Origin: Eledone cirrhosa
Taxonomy: Eukaryota
Length of the DNA: 64,000 nt
NCBI GenBank assembly: GCA_964016885.1
Contig: OZ024756.1
Coordinates: 31,558,001-31,622,000 of the forward strand
Direction of reading: 5' to 3'
Positions within the stretch are counted from its first letter, which is position 1. The number at the start of each line of letters is the position of its first letter. Made by a program: the position numbers and the translations under genes. Shown in pieces: positions 1 to 12,510 of the stretch. Below the pieces are notes generated by a model. It was not told the origin of the DNA and made no database searches. It was given only the letters and a program-made list of their open reading frames with translations.

Positions 1-80
1 GGGAGGTATGGCGGAAGACATGAATGTTTTCTACTTCCCGCTAACGTAGGATATTTGGGAAAGGGATGTATGCGTGTGTA

Positions 81-140
<60 letters not shown>

Positions 141-229
141 TTACATGTATATAAGTGTGTGTGTAAATATATATATATATAAATATTATTATATTTGTTG
201 AATTACCAACAAACTGAATATCCCTTTTG

Positions 230-264
<35 letters not shown>

Positions 265-388
265 ACATGTATATAAGTGTGTATATATATATATGTGTAT
301 ATATATATATATATATATCACATGTATATCTGTGTGTGTATATATATTTATAAGTGTATATATATATATATATACGTTTATTTTATGC

Positions 389-419
<31 letters not shown>

Positions 420-601
420 ACATGTATATAAGTGTGTGTATATATATATGTATATATATATATATATATATATACATAATCGGAGAAAGCTAATAGCGAT
501 ACTCCGGCCAAATTCCAACACTTAAGTATAATCTCAATTAAACGTTTGGGGTGCTAACTATATTGTATTGTGTGGATAATTGGCTGTATTATTTCATATG
601 A

Positions 602-783
602 GACGGTGGATTGGCAGTATCGTGAGAGGGTCGGACGCCATGCTTTGCAGTACAGTTACGTCCCTTTACGGCCTGAGTTCAAATCCCGCCGAGGTTAACT
701 TTGCCTTTCATCCTTACGGGGGTCGATAAAATAAAGTACCAGTAATACACTGAGATAATTGTGCCAAAAGTAGAAACAATTAT
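602..783 (+). mobile_element. tRNA-derived SINE family A (representative; further copies at ~1237, 3160, 6900, 24001, 25993, 30852, 33934, 34824, 49320, 49550, 55265, 56940)
   Basis: Head TGGCAGTATCG..GAGTTCAAATCC (A/B boxes); central GCCTTTCATCCTTACGGGGTCGATAAAATAAAGTACCAG; tail GGCCTTGTGCCAAAAGTAGAAACAATTAT. Confidence 0.85.
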
Positions 784-3417
784 TTCATATGAGATATATC
801 AAATATATCATTTCCCAGACGACTCGTTTCATTATAAGATTTCTATAAGTTGGGTGAAAATGTACCAAGTTACGTAGAAGCTTGTATAAGATCAACAGAT
901 ACTTATATATATATATATATATGTACATGTACATGTGTGTATGTGTGGGGGGGGGGCGCGCGCGAAAAATAAGACAAGGAGAGTTGAGGTAGGAGCGGGG
1001 TTGTTGGAGGAGTCGTTGTAAGGCAAGGAGGGAGAAGGGAGGGGGTGCCGTGGTGGAGACCCGTTCAAAGATATGAGGTGGCAAGAGGTAAGGGAGAGGT
1101 AGTGCTATGGAGGTAGTTGTTCGAAGGCAAGATGTGGTGAGGGGTGAAGGAGGATTGTTGGCGGAGGAGGTGTCATCAGAAGGCTGCGAAAACAACTCCT
1201 AAACCACACATAATTATTTACATTTGTATTAATCGCTAGAGGGTCGGACGCCATGCTTTGCAGCATAGAGTTACGTCCCTTTACGGTCTGAGTTCAAATC
1301 CTGCCGAGGTTAACTTACGGGGTCGATAAAACGAAGTACCAGTAATACACTGATAATTGCTGGCCTTGTGCCAAAAATAGAAACAATTATCAACATTTCC
1401 TTTTCAGTGTATATTGAAAATATTTGCTCATAAAATATTTTCTCTGAATGTTTGCAGGGTGAGGTGGGAGGAGGGGCAAAAAACATTGAGGCGACTTTGC
1501 TAAGAAAAGAAAAAGAAAATACTAAACATACACGAGTAACTTCCCTTGAAATAATTAAGGGAAGTAACTCTAAATGTTTTTGAGATGTTGGTTGGTTCCT
1601 TCGCGCATCTCACGGAAACTAAAACTGATAATCGAAAAGTAAATACAGCAATGGAATAAGGGTATACCCAGGAAGGTTTATTGATACTAATTTTATAAAA
1701 TCAAAGAAAAACATCTCGGGTATGCTATCCAACCTGACTGCTATTTCTAGCAGGTTGGGAATCAACCATAAGTCCATTCAAACAATGACCACGTCATCTT
1801 TTTATTCACATATCATATAGCTAAGTAAAGGTGCGTGGCTCCGTGGTTAGGATATACCGCTTAGAATCGTAAGAACGTGATTTCGATTCGCGTTGCTCCG
1901 GTCCACCCAGCTGGTAAAAATGAGTTATACCTGTAATTCGAATGGTTAGCCTTAGTAAATTCTGTATCATTCTGAATCTCCCTGAGAAGTACGTTAAGGG
2001 TATACATGTCTGTGAAATGCTCGGTGACTTGCACGTTATTTTCAAGAGCGAATCAACTGGAACATTCGTCGTAACCAACGGAGTGCCAGTAGTTTATATC
2101 TAAGAACACATTATCCAATGTAGTCTTATGTTATCTTTTAATGAAGCAAGATTTGATGGTCAATTTGGCAGTGTCGTTGGGGCTTTGGATATTTGATCAG
2201 GGTCTCTGCGTACTGAGTTCAAATCCCAGCTAAATTTGTTTTACCTTTCATACTTTCGGGGTCGATAAAGTACTAACCCGGTGCAGATGTTATTCCCTCT
2301 CACTCTCTCTCTCTCTGCTTTCAACTGCCACATCCTAGAGGTTCCGCCGAGTGTGTCAGCTTGATCGCTACAGCACGGGCACCTAAAATCCTTAAGGCAG
2401 CTGTAGTGTAGTAGGATGTGATCCGAGAGAAATTTAACTGCTAATCTCGAAAGTTAAATTATCATATAAATGTTCCTTTGGTTCGTAATGCTGTGTTGTT
2501 TTGTTTTTTTCCTTCATTTTTTTTTTTAATATCGTAAAAAATATATTCGATATAAATCAAGAAAAAATAACTCGGGATTGGGGGAAGCGGATAGATATCA
2601 CTGGCATACGAGATGCGTGGTTCGTTTCACCACAGACGTCTTTTTACTTTTTCCATCCTCATAGGTTCTTTATAGTTAACAAATATTATAGTTATCTGCA
2701 TTGTGGCGAATATATTTTCAAATTTCCCCACTGCTTCGTAAGTCAACCAATCTTCAAACCGGATTGTTGTTTTTCTTCACAGGGTAAATAACTCTTCATT
2801 TGATAATACTTACTAAGGGAGTAAACTTTACATTTATTTTGTTTTAAATTACCAAGTATTGCAGGTGAGTGGATCTCTGTAGAGTGTACACGAAAAAAAG
2901 CTCACTGCACATGTTGTAATGTGGTTGGCGTAAGGAAGGACAACCAGCCATAGAAAACAACCCCCAAACAGATCTGAATAAGAAAGATGTTACCACCTGA
3001 CAACACCTGGTTAGATTCATAACGTGACTACCCTTCTAATCTATGCAAACATAAAAAAAAATAGACGTTAAACTCTGAAGATGATGCTGTCGAAAGGCAA
3101 AGCTGACCTCGGCAGGATTTGAACCCAGCAACTTAGGCACAAGATCAACAATTTTAGGGGAGGGGAATTCGAAAAAAATTGACACTAGTGCGTTGCTGGT
3201 ACTTTATTTTATCGACTCCATAAGGACGAAAGGCAAAGCTAACCACGGCACAATTTGAAATCAGAACTTAAAGGCACTGTAACTCTATACCTTGAAGTAT
3301 GTTGTCTAATGCTCTACAAATACTGCCAATTCAACTGCCCTACATCAGTAATAATAATGGTTTCCAATTTTGGCAAAAGGACAACAATTTAGAAGCAATG
3401 GTGGGGCAGGCAGAAAG

Positions 3418-3722
3418 AAACTGGGTATAAGAGGGATAAGTTGTGGTGTAGCCGGAGAGAAGGCTGAGATGGTATGGACATGTGATGAGCATGGAGGATG
3501 ACCGCTGGGTAAAGAAGTGCCAAGAAATCCCAGTAGATGGAAGACACAGTAGAGGTAGACCACGAAAAACATGGGCGGAGGTGGTGAGAGCTGACCTCAT
3601 ATCGCTGAAGCTCACGGAGGAGATGACGAAGGACCATGATAAGTGGAGAGATGCTGTGTTGAATAGGACCCGTCCAACCCTTGCAAGCAGGGTAAAGCGG
3701 ACGTAAAATGATGATGATGATA
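3418..3722 (+). mobile_element. 5'-truncated RTE-clade LINE 3' end
   Basis: RRLRWYGHVMSMEDDRWVKKC..GRHSRGRPRKTW..DHDKWR is the typical RTE C-terminus; (GAT)n tail. Near-identical shorter copy at 32414-32559; older relatives at ~33560-33900, 38100-38530 and 14760-15170. Confidence 0.85.
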
Positions 3723-4148
3723 CCTTGGAAGGATGAAATGCAAAATTGACTTCGAGGGAATTTAAACTCAGAACATGAAAAGCTGAAACAAACACTGCAA
3801 AACATTTTGTGCGGCTGGACAGATTTTATGGGCAAAACCAACAGGTAGGAAACCCAGGGGTAGACCCTGAGCAAGACGGCCGGATAACATCCATGAGCTT
3901 GGTTGGTCACGCTTGGGGATCCAGCCAGTTAAGTTGGTGATGGTTGCTTCTGAAAGGACATCCTGGGGTGAGTATTTGAAGACTCTGCCCCGACCGTCTC
4001 AGGAATAAATGGGCAAAGAAGCTTGAATTATTCTACCTACAAACATACACCAACAACAATAACAATCACACCCAGATATTATACTCAATGAAGAGTGGCT
4101 AATCAATGTTGATTGCCCATTTGATACATGTAGGGTATTGAAAAAAAG

Positions 4149-5941
4149 ATTTCATATCAAAACCCTAGCAAAAATAATACATTGCCACTTCAGCTCAGGC
4201 TTATACCAAGCCAGTAGGATATTAAAAGACACTATTTCATATCAAAACCCTAGCAAAAATAATACATTGCCACTTCAGCTCAGGCTTATACCATGCCAGT
4301 AGGATATTAAAAGACACTATTTCATATCAAAACCCTAGCAAAAATAATACATTGCCACTTCAGCTCAGGCTTATACCAGGCCAGTAGGATATTAAAAGAC
4401 ACTATTTCATATCAAAACCCTAGCAAAAATAATACATTGCCACTTCAGCTCAGGCTTATGCCAGGCCAGTAGGATATTAAAAGACACTATTTCATATCAA
4501 AACCCTAGCAAAAATAATACATTGCCACTTCAGCTCAGGCTTATACCATGCCAGTAGGATATTAAAAGACACTATTTCATATCAAAACCCTAGCAAAAAT
4601 AATACATTGCCACTTCAGCTCAGGCTTATACCAGGCCAGTAGGATATTAAAAGACACTATTTCATATCAAAACCCTAGCAAAAATAATACATTGCCACTT
4701 CAGCTCAGGCTTATACCATGCCAGTAGGATATTAAAAGACACTATTTCATATCAAAACCCTAGCAAAAATAATACATTGCCACTTCAGCTCAGGCTTATA
4801 CCAAGCCAGTAGGATATTAAAAGACACTATTTCATATCAAAAGCCTAGCAAAAATAATACATTGCCACTTCAGCTCAGGCTTATACCAGGCCAGTAGGAT
4901 ATTAAAAGACACTATTTCATATCAAAACCCTAGCAAAAATAATACATTGCCACTTCAGCTCAGGCTTATGCTAAGCCAGTAGGATATTAAAAGACACTAT
5001 TTCATATCAAAACCCTAGCAAAAATAATACATTGCCACTTCAGCTCAGGCTTATACCATGCCAGTAGGATATTAAAAGACACTATTTCATATCAAAACCC
5101 TAGCAAAAATAATACATTGCCACTTCAGCTCAGGCTTATACCAAGCCAGTAGGATATTAAAAGACACTATTTCATATCAAAACCCTAGCAAAAATAATAC
5201 ATTGCCACTTCAGCTCAGGCTTATGCTAAGCCAGGATATTAAAAGACACTATTTCATATCAAAACCCTAGCAAAAATAATACATTGCCACTTCAGCTCAG
5301 GCTTATACCAAGCCAGTAGGATATTAAAAGACACTATTTCATATCAAAACCCTAGCAAAAATAATACATTGCCACTTCAGCTCAGGCTTATACCATGCCA
5401 GTAGGATATTAAAAGACACTATTTCATATCAAAACCCTAGCAAAAATAATACATTGCCACTTCAGCTCAGGCTTATACCAAGCCAGTAGGATATTAAAAG
5501 ACACTATTTCATATCAAAACCCTAGCAAAAATAATACATTGCCACTTCAGCTCAGGCTTATGCTAAGCCAGGATATTAAAAGACACTATTTCATATCAAA
5601 ACCCTAGCAAAAATAATACATTGCCACTTCAGCTCAGGCTTATGCTAAGCCAGTAGGATATTAAAAGACACTATTTCATATCAAAACCCTAGCAAAAATA
5701 ATACATTGCCACTTCAGCTCAGGCTTATACCAGGCCAGTAGGATATTAAAAGACACTATTTCATATCAAAACCCTAGCAAAAATAATACATTGCCACTTC
5801 AGCTCAGGCTTATGCTAAGCCAGTAGAGTATAAAAAGATACTATTTCATATCAAAACCCTTGCAAAACTAATACATCACCACTTCAGCTCAGGCTTATAC
5901 CAGGCCAGTAGGATATTAAAAGACACTATTTCATATCAAAA
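4149..5941 (+). repeat. Minisatellite, 85-bp unit x 21 (two units are 82 bp)
   Basis: Unit ATTTCATATCAAAACCCTAGCAAAAATAATACATTGCCACTTCAGCTCAGGCTTATACCAAGCCAGTAGGATATTAAAAGACACT. Confidence 0.97.
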
Positions 5942-6161
5942 GGATAGCGAAAGAATTTAAGGAAATAGAAAAACTACCAAGATCTGAAATACTAAAACCA
6001 GAGAATCGAGAATTTTCAATAAGTTTATCTCCCATTTGTAATAAGAGCCTTAGCTAAAAGTTTGAATGGTTGGCTGAAGAAGTTGGGATATAAAGATGAA
6101 TTTCCTGACTCTACATAAGGCTCGTTTCATTGAAACAGCAAGAACACATACAAAAAGTGCC

Positions 6162-6205
<44 letters not shown>

Positions 6206-6210
<5 letters not shown>

Positions 6211-6390
6211 GGTCGGGACACCGACAGCTGAGTTCTTGCCGTTTCAATAGCCAGTTCGGAACTAGCTGTCGAAACAGTAAGAGCTCAGCCATCAGGGTCC
6301 CAGCTCTTTCATATTACTACACTCTACTACCTCAAGTATCGAGTACTCTGGTGAGTAATGGTCTAATAGGCTTTTACTGCATCCATTTTG
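6206..6390. mobile_element. Fold-back family P2 (old, diverged)
   Basis: CGACAGCTGAGTTCTTGCCGTTTC..GAAACAGTAAGAGCTCAGCC hairpin plus ACTCTACTACC tail; between (TG)n and (TA)n. Confidence 0.6.
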
Positions 6391-7160
6391 ATTTATATAT
6401 ATATATATATATAGAATGAGAAAAACTCAATGTAAGGATTGCTGCCAAAGTAGCAAAATGCCATCAATAACGGCATCAGGTAAATTCTTACCTCAAAGGA
6501 CAAGAATAAATGACTAGAAATATGTTGGCACAAAGAGAGAAAATGAAAATGAACGAGAGAAAATGAAAATGAACGAGACAAAATAACACAAACATCATAT
6601 TACGTCATCAGCCCTCATACCAGAATGTAGTTACGCATCATTTAAATTATATACATACATACCTAAGGCTGTAAGAGATAGTTTTATATAAAGCAAACCA
6701 AATACTGACAGAGGGACAAGAAAATACTGAGTAAAGAAAAGAAAATAATAATACCAATACAAAAATTTATGATTTCTACAATGGGCACAAATTGGGGGTA
6801 GGGGAAAGTCGATTAAGTCGACTCCAGTGCGTGACTGCCTTTCATCCTTATGGGGTCGATCTAATAAAGCACCAAAGTTAACCTTGGCAAGATAATATTT
6901 CTACTTTTGGCACAAGGCCAACAATTACCCGTGCGTTCCTGGTGCTTTATTTTATCAACCCCATAAGGATGAAAGGGAAAGTTAACATCGGCGAGATTTG
7001 AACTCAGAACGTAAAGGGCCATAACTCTATACCGCAAAGTATGGTGTCTGACGCTCTACCAATAGTGACAATAAAACAAAATAAACAAAAGAAAATCAAA
7101 AAAATAAAAATCATCATTATCATAATAATAAATATAAATAAACATGAAATAAAATTCATA

Positions 7161-7166
7161 TTTATT
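7161..7166 (-). promoter_or_regulatory. Candidate poly(A) signal AATAAA of the zinc-finger gene
   Basis: TTTATT on + strand ~525 nt past the stop, followed on the minus strand by a T/GT-rich tract (~7070-7145). Confidence 0.45.
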
Positions 7167-7403
7167 TCCTATTTAAATTCTATTTAAATTGCTGTTTTGA
7201 AAAAAAAAAAAAAAATGAAAATAATTTTTTCAACTGTAATTCTTTTTTTTTTACTTTTTTCTTTAAGTCATCAAAGTAATTTCAGTTTCATTTTAATTTT
7301 GTTTTCTTATATATTTTTTGCATTAAATTATATTTTAGTCTTAAATTTTCAGTGTGGATGTGTGAATGCAGACATACAGATATTTTAATATTGCTTCTAC
7401 AGG

Positions 7404-7450
<47 letters not shown>

Positions 7451-7648
7451 CAGTGTATGCATGTTTATGTGTGCATCTGTATACATCCATATATATTTTT
7501 ATATATATATATATATATATATACACACCAGTGTATGCATGCGTTTATGTCTATACACTATACGTGTGTGTGTGTGTGTGTATCACAAATGTGTCTGTAT
7601 TTGCGCATGTGTATATATATTACAATGTGTACATATATGTGTGTGTTT

Positions 7649-7679
<31 letters not shown>

Positions 7680-7690
7680 TACATATGACA

Positions 7691-10600
7691 TTACTTGTGG
7701 CATTGGTCAAGGTGATGTGCTAGGTTCATGGGTTGCGAGAATAACTGACCACAGCATTCAAATGTAAATACGGAACATCCTAAGCCATCTTCATTCTCAA
7801 CTAATGTACACCTGAGGGGCCGGCGCCTTGTAATGGCCCAGTCTTTCGCCCGGTCATCAGGTGAGCCCGGCATGACCGACATTTTGGAATCCACCTCGGC
7901 GGCAGGGTCAGCCGAAGGGATCAAAGAGAGGGGGTCGGACATGGAAATATTGCCAGACACCTCACTGATTTTTAGTCCATACTGGTTGTCGGATTGCTCC
8001 CCGCAATATGTGATGTCGGGCTTTGGCGACGTGCACTCCGTCTTGACTTTCACCAAGGAATATGACTGTATGTCCATCCCTTCCGACTTGGGTTCCACCA
8101 TTGGCATTGTGTACGCCGAAGGGGCGTTGGTTACTCTGCTGCCGTATATGCTGTGGCTGTGTTGCATGGCGACACAGTGAGCCTGTGCTTGGGGGTAGGA
8201 CTGCCCTGCCACTAATGGAATCATTCCACTAGATGCCGCTGGAGATGTCATAGATGTCTTGAAACCAAAGTTATTCTTCACATTTGACACCAGCGTTGGT
8301 AAAGCTGGCATCGTCGATAGAGAAGGAAGTCCAACGGAAACGGCAGACGGGCAAAACTGTGACTGTGATGCTGGTATTGCTGCTGTAGATGTTGTTATTT
8401 TCATCATTGACTTTAATGGTGGTGGTGGCGGTAATGTTGTAGTTGTTGCTGTTGTGGTTGCTGCTGATGACACTGCCATCATACCAATCGGACAGGTAGC
8501 CGGTATCAATGTAAGGTTGATGGGAGGGATGGGAGGTACGGTAGCGACAATCGGTCGCTCCAAAAGCTTTGTCAGTTGGATGGGTTCCGTCCGCACTTCA
8601 AGCATTTCAGATTTCCTCGGCACCTGTTGCTGCTGCTGCTGGCCGTCTTCGTCCACGGCTCGGGCCTCAGGATACGGTGGAGTTTCGTATTTGAAATGAA
8701 TCAAGTTCGTAAGGATCTTATCACGACGTGACATCTCACTGAGTTCAACTGGTTTCTGATCAGATGGGGCTTCTTGTGGTTTCTCATTATCTGCATCTGT
8801 TGAAGTTTCCTCTACCCTGCTCACTGCATCTGATTCAACCTTTGGTGTAATGCTGATACTTTTTCGTAGTTTCGGTGGGTCTGGAAGCATTAATCTGCGG
8901 TCAGCGGCTGCCATTTTATTAAGTCCATAAGACGAACTCGTTTGCGACCGCGTCTTCTTGGGCGGAGACGGCATCACTTTGCGAGCTTTCGCTGTCTTTG
9001 GGATCACTGTGTGTTTCTTTAGCACCTTCTGACTGCCACACTTCTCTGATTTCTCAGCATCGGGCTTGTCCTTACTCTGTGACAACGTACTGAATCGAAG
9101 TTTCAAAAAGTTCTTCAAAACATGCTTCCTGTCCACTTTCATGTCCTCCTCAACTACACTGCCATTACTGTTCTCATCTTTCTCATCCACTCTCTTGCTA
9201 TATCTCAAAGACTTCTTAGACTTTGACCCAGGGCCGGAGTCAGACAATTTGCGCTTTTTGTTGTTGCCCATCTCTTTTTTATCTTCATTGTTGTTACTAT
9301 TAGATTTATCACAAGACACAGGTTTTGACGATGACAACGATGATGATGATAATATGGATGATATTGATGAAGATGAGGAGGAAGCTGAAGTCAACGATGA
9401 CAATGGTGGGGGTTGAGTGTTTAAAGATGTCTGTAAAGAGGATGATAAGGGTTCAATACCAGGGGAAGATGATGAACATGGAAGTTTGTCCTTAGGTTTA
9501 CCGGGGCTCTGAGATAACGATGAAATGAAGTCATCACAGAAATACTTTTGGGGTTTCTTGCATTTTCGTTTGGGCAAGGACCGTACGGGCTCTTTGGTGG
9601 TGCGTTCCAGCTTCGCTTCTTCAAACTGACCTTCAATTGATAATTCATCAATTTCACAAACGATTTCCTTTTTAACGACAATGCCCTCAGTAAGAGCCAG
9701 TTCCTCCGTCGATGTGGAATCCTCACCAACACTATCCGCAGACTGTTGCACCTGCTGAGCGACATCTGGTTTACCAGACTTGACATCATCCAGGTACCGT
9801 TGTTGTTGTTGTTGTTGTTGTTCTGTCGACTCCAACAAATTGCTACTACTACTACTACTACTACTATTATAACTTTTACATGATCCAAACACTGAGCTAA
9901 TCTTAATACCATGCAATGACTGCTCAGACACCGACACTAGACCATCAACGTTATCATTACTATTATTATTATTATTATATAAGCATTTATTATTTTGCCC
10001 ATTATTGGAATTTTCACCCAGCTTTGCTTGATTGCAGGGAGAATGTATCACAGTAGTATTATTAGAAGCATCAGTAGTAGTAGAAGTAGTAGCAGCAGTA
10101 GAGTCCACTTTCATTGACGGCTGTCCACTTTTATTGTCACTTCCATCAGACACACTCGGCTTGTCATTCGAAACATTAGGAAGGAATATGACTCTCTCCT
10201 GTTCGTGGAACTTCTCACAGCCACTCTTTTCCCATGCTACCTTCTGTTGTTCTGATATTCCATCTAAGCCCTTCCTCTTCGCTATTACCTCCAAGCTCTG
10301 CTTCTTATTCCGCAATAGAATGTTGTCTTCATCACCTGCTGTTGTTTTTGTAGTTGTTGTTGTCAAGTCCTTTGCAGATGTGAGAGTTTCTTTATCTTTA
10401 TCACTTGGATCTTTTAACCTTGTCACACCCTGAACTTTCTCATCCTCCCTTCTTCCTCCAACATCACCACTTAGTTTCATTACTGCTTCCATTTCCATTT
10501 GTTTAGCTGTGGAACTGATCTGGTTGACACCTGTCACTATCTTCAGTTGCTTACCTGTGTTTACCAAACCAACACAGTCAGAAGCTACTGTTGTTGTTGC

Positions 10601-12510
10601 TGCTGCAGATGTTGTTGATGCCATTGTCTTCCTGTCCTTAATAGCCAACTTCTTATTGCCCTTAGTGTCAGCAGCAGCAATAACAAGATCAACATAAACA
10701 GTCACAGGTTTATTATGCGCACCTGTTATTAACACAGCCTTTGTTTCATTACTCAACATTCCTTTCACACCTGTCTGTTCAGCAATGGCTCCCTTCTCAC
10801 AGACACTGCTGATCCCAACTTTACCAGTCACAGTCCCTACATTCTGTTGAGTTGCCACACTGGGTTCAACACCTTTACTTAACTCTGCTTTCATCCCCTG
10901 CCCTATATTTCCTCCCTGGATGTTGTTATCTCTTCCAATCGCACCAGCAGTCCCTTTGGCAATGTCTTTTTCCAACATGTCCTTTGTTTGAATATTTTCT
11001 CTACCAACACCAGCATACACAGTGCTACTACTGTTAACACTACACAATTCACAAGTCTTAGAATTCTGTTTGGAAACGGAACATTTTGAAGTTGTTGTTT
11101 GTTCTACAACTTTATCAGATCTAACTATAAGACTTCGCTTATTCTTATCAACGAAATCTGACTCTTTCTCAAAAATTTTCACAGATTCCCTAGACATCAT
11201 GGCCATGGGATTTGAGTTCAAATTTCGACAAATATTCTTCTTGTTTGCTGCTACTTCTGGTAATGAAGGAGTCACCGAAGAGACACAGGGTCCTGTAGCT
11301 AGACCTTGCCTCTGATTTGAATGTTCAGATTGAACAGTGGATAGTGTTCGAAGGGGAGGAGGTAATACCTTTCCTGCGGTTTCTTGAGAGGTTTTCAAAT
11401 TTAGTAGATTTATAGTAGTATTAGTAGCAGTAGTAGTAGTAGAGGGTTTCGGTTTGTTAGTACCATAGAACTTAGACACTTTGGGGTCTTTACCGCAAGT
11501 ACAAAAGTTGCTGTTATTCTTCATGACTTTAACCGTTTCTTTACCAGTTGTTGAACAAGGAGGAGTTCTGCCTGTCACTAACGTTGACACTTTCTCTCTA
11601 CCTACTGCTGCTGGCGCTACCACCAAACCATTCTGTGAGTCTTTAAGTGATGTTTTTTCATTGTAAATGGAAGCAGAAACAAGTTTGTCTGCTACTTGCA
11701 TCATTGATAATTTCTGCCTACCTGTGGCAGATACTGTTGCTTTTGGCGCTGCTGTTATGGCAGATACTGTTGCTTTTGGCGCTGCTATTATTGCTGTTGT
11801 GGCAGATACTGCTGCTTTTGGCGCTGCTGTTATTGCTGTTGTGGCAGATACTGCTGCTTTTGGCGCTGCTGTTATTGCTGTTGTGGCAGATACTGCTGCT
11901 TTTGGCGCTGCTGTTATTGTTGTTGTGGTAGATACTGCTGCTTTTGGCGCTGCTATTATTGTTGTTGTGGTAGATACTGCTGCTTTTGGCGCTGCTATTA
12001 TTGCTATTGCTGTTGTTGGAAGCAACAAACAATCCTGTGAGTCTTCCAATGAAGTATTTGTTCTATCAACATCATTATTACTACTAATAGTTTCACTACC
12101 AGGCTGTTGAAGGAGATGTGCAGCTGCAACAGCAAATGCAGCTTTACTGCTGTCATCTTCCATAGGATTGCCTGATGATGGTTTCCTCTTATGCTCACAT
12201 TTCGACTGTATACCGTACCTTATGTTCTCACCATCCCGTCGACACTGTTCCGGCGGTAAAGGCTCGCTCTTCGTTTCATTAACCGGTTTCGTTTTAGATT
12301 TAGTCTTCGAGAGAGACCCAGATTTACATTTGTCTCTGCGATCGGTGAAACATTTGTGCTTGGCAAGTGCTTTACTCCGACTGTATCGATGGAAGCATAA
12401 GGAACACTGGAACAGCCTCTTGTCGTTCGGATGTTGACTACTGTGGGCACGTAGGTTACACAAATACTGGAACCTCTTATAACAAGCAGAGCACTGAAAT
12501 TGTTCTTTGC
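7691..12510 (-). CDS. Coding exon 2 (4820 nt, terminal) of the same zinc-finger protein; spliced product about 3573 aa
   Basis: Acceptor TGTTTTTCAG|GC at 12511/12510. The phase-1 join gives HINIH-AGKEQ-FQCSAC, a TGEKP-like linker. Then FQCSAC-x12-HSSQH and FQCSLC-x12-HKC fingers, and a C-terminal atypical finger FECCGQLF...HHLDQCH. 5902+4820=10722 nt = 3574 codons including TAA. Confidence 0.9.
11722..12005 (-). repeat. Coding tandem repeat, 42 nt (AAPKAAVSATTAIT) x ~7
   Basis: Repeated GCAGATACTGCTGCTTTTGGCGCTGCTG on the + strand. Confidence 0.92.

Noticed and set aside
31-493. YI/IY-rich ORFs here and at 7352-7767, 29055-29617, 61136-61560, and ER/SL ORFs at 27345-27777
   Set aside because: Translations of (TA)n, (TG)n and (AG)n microsatellites.
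4149-5941. CRISPR-like array
   Set aside because: No unique spacers (only a few variable bases), eukaryotic context, no cas genes; it is a minisatellite.
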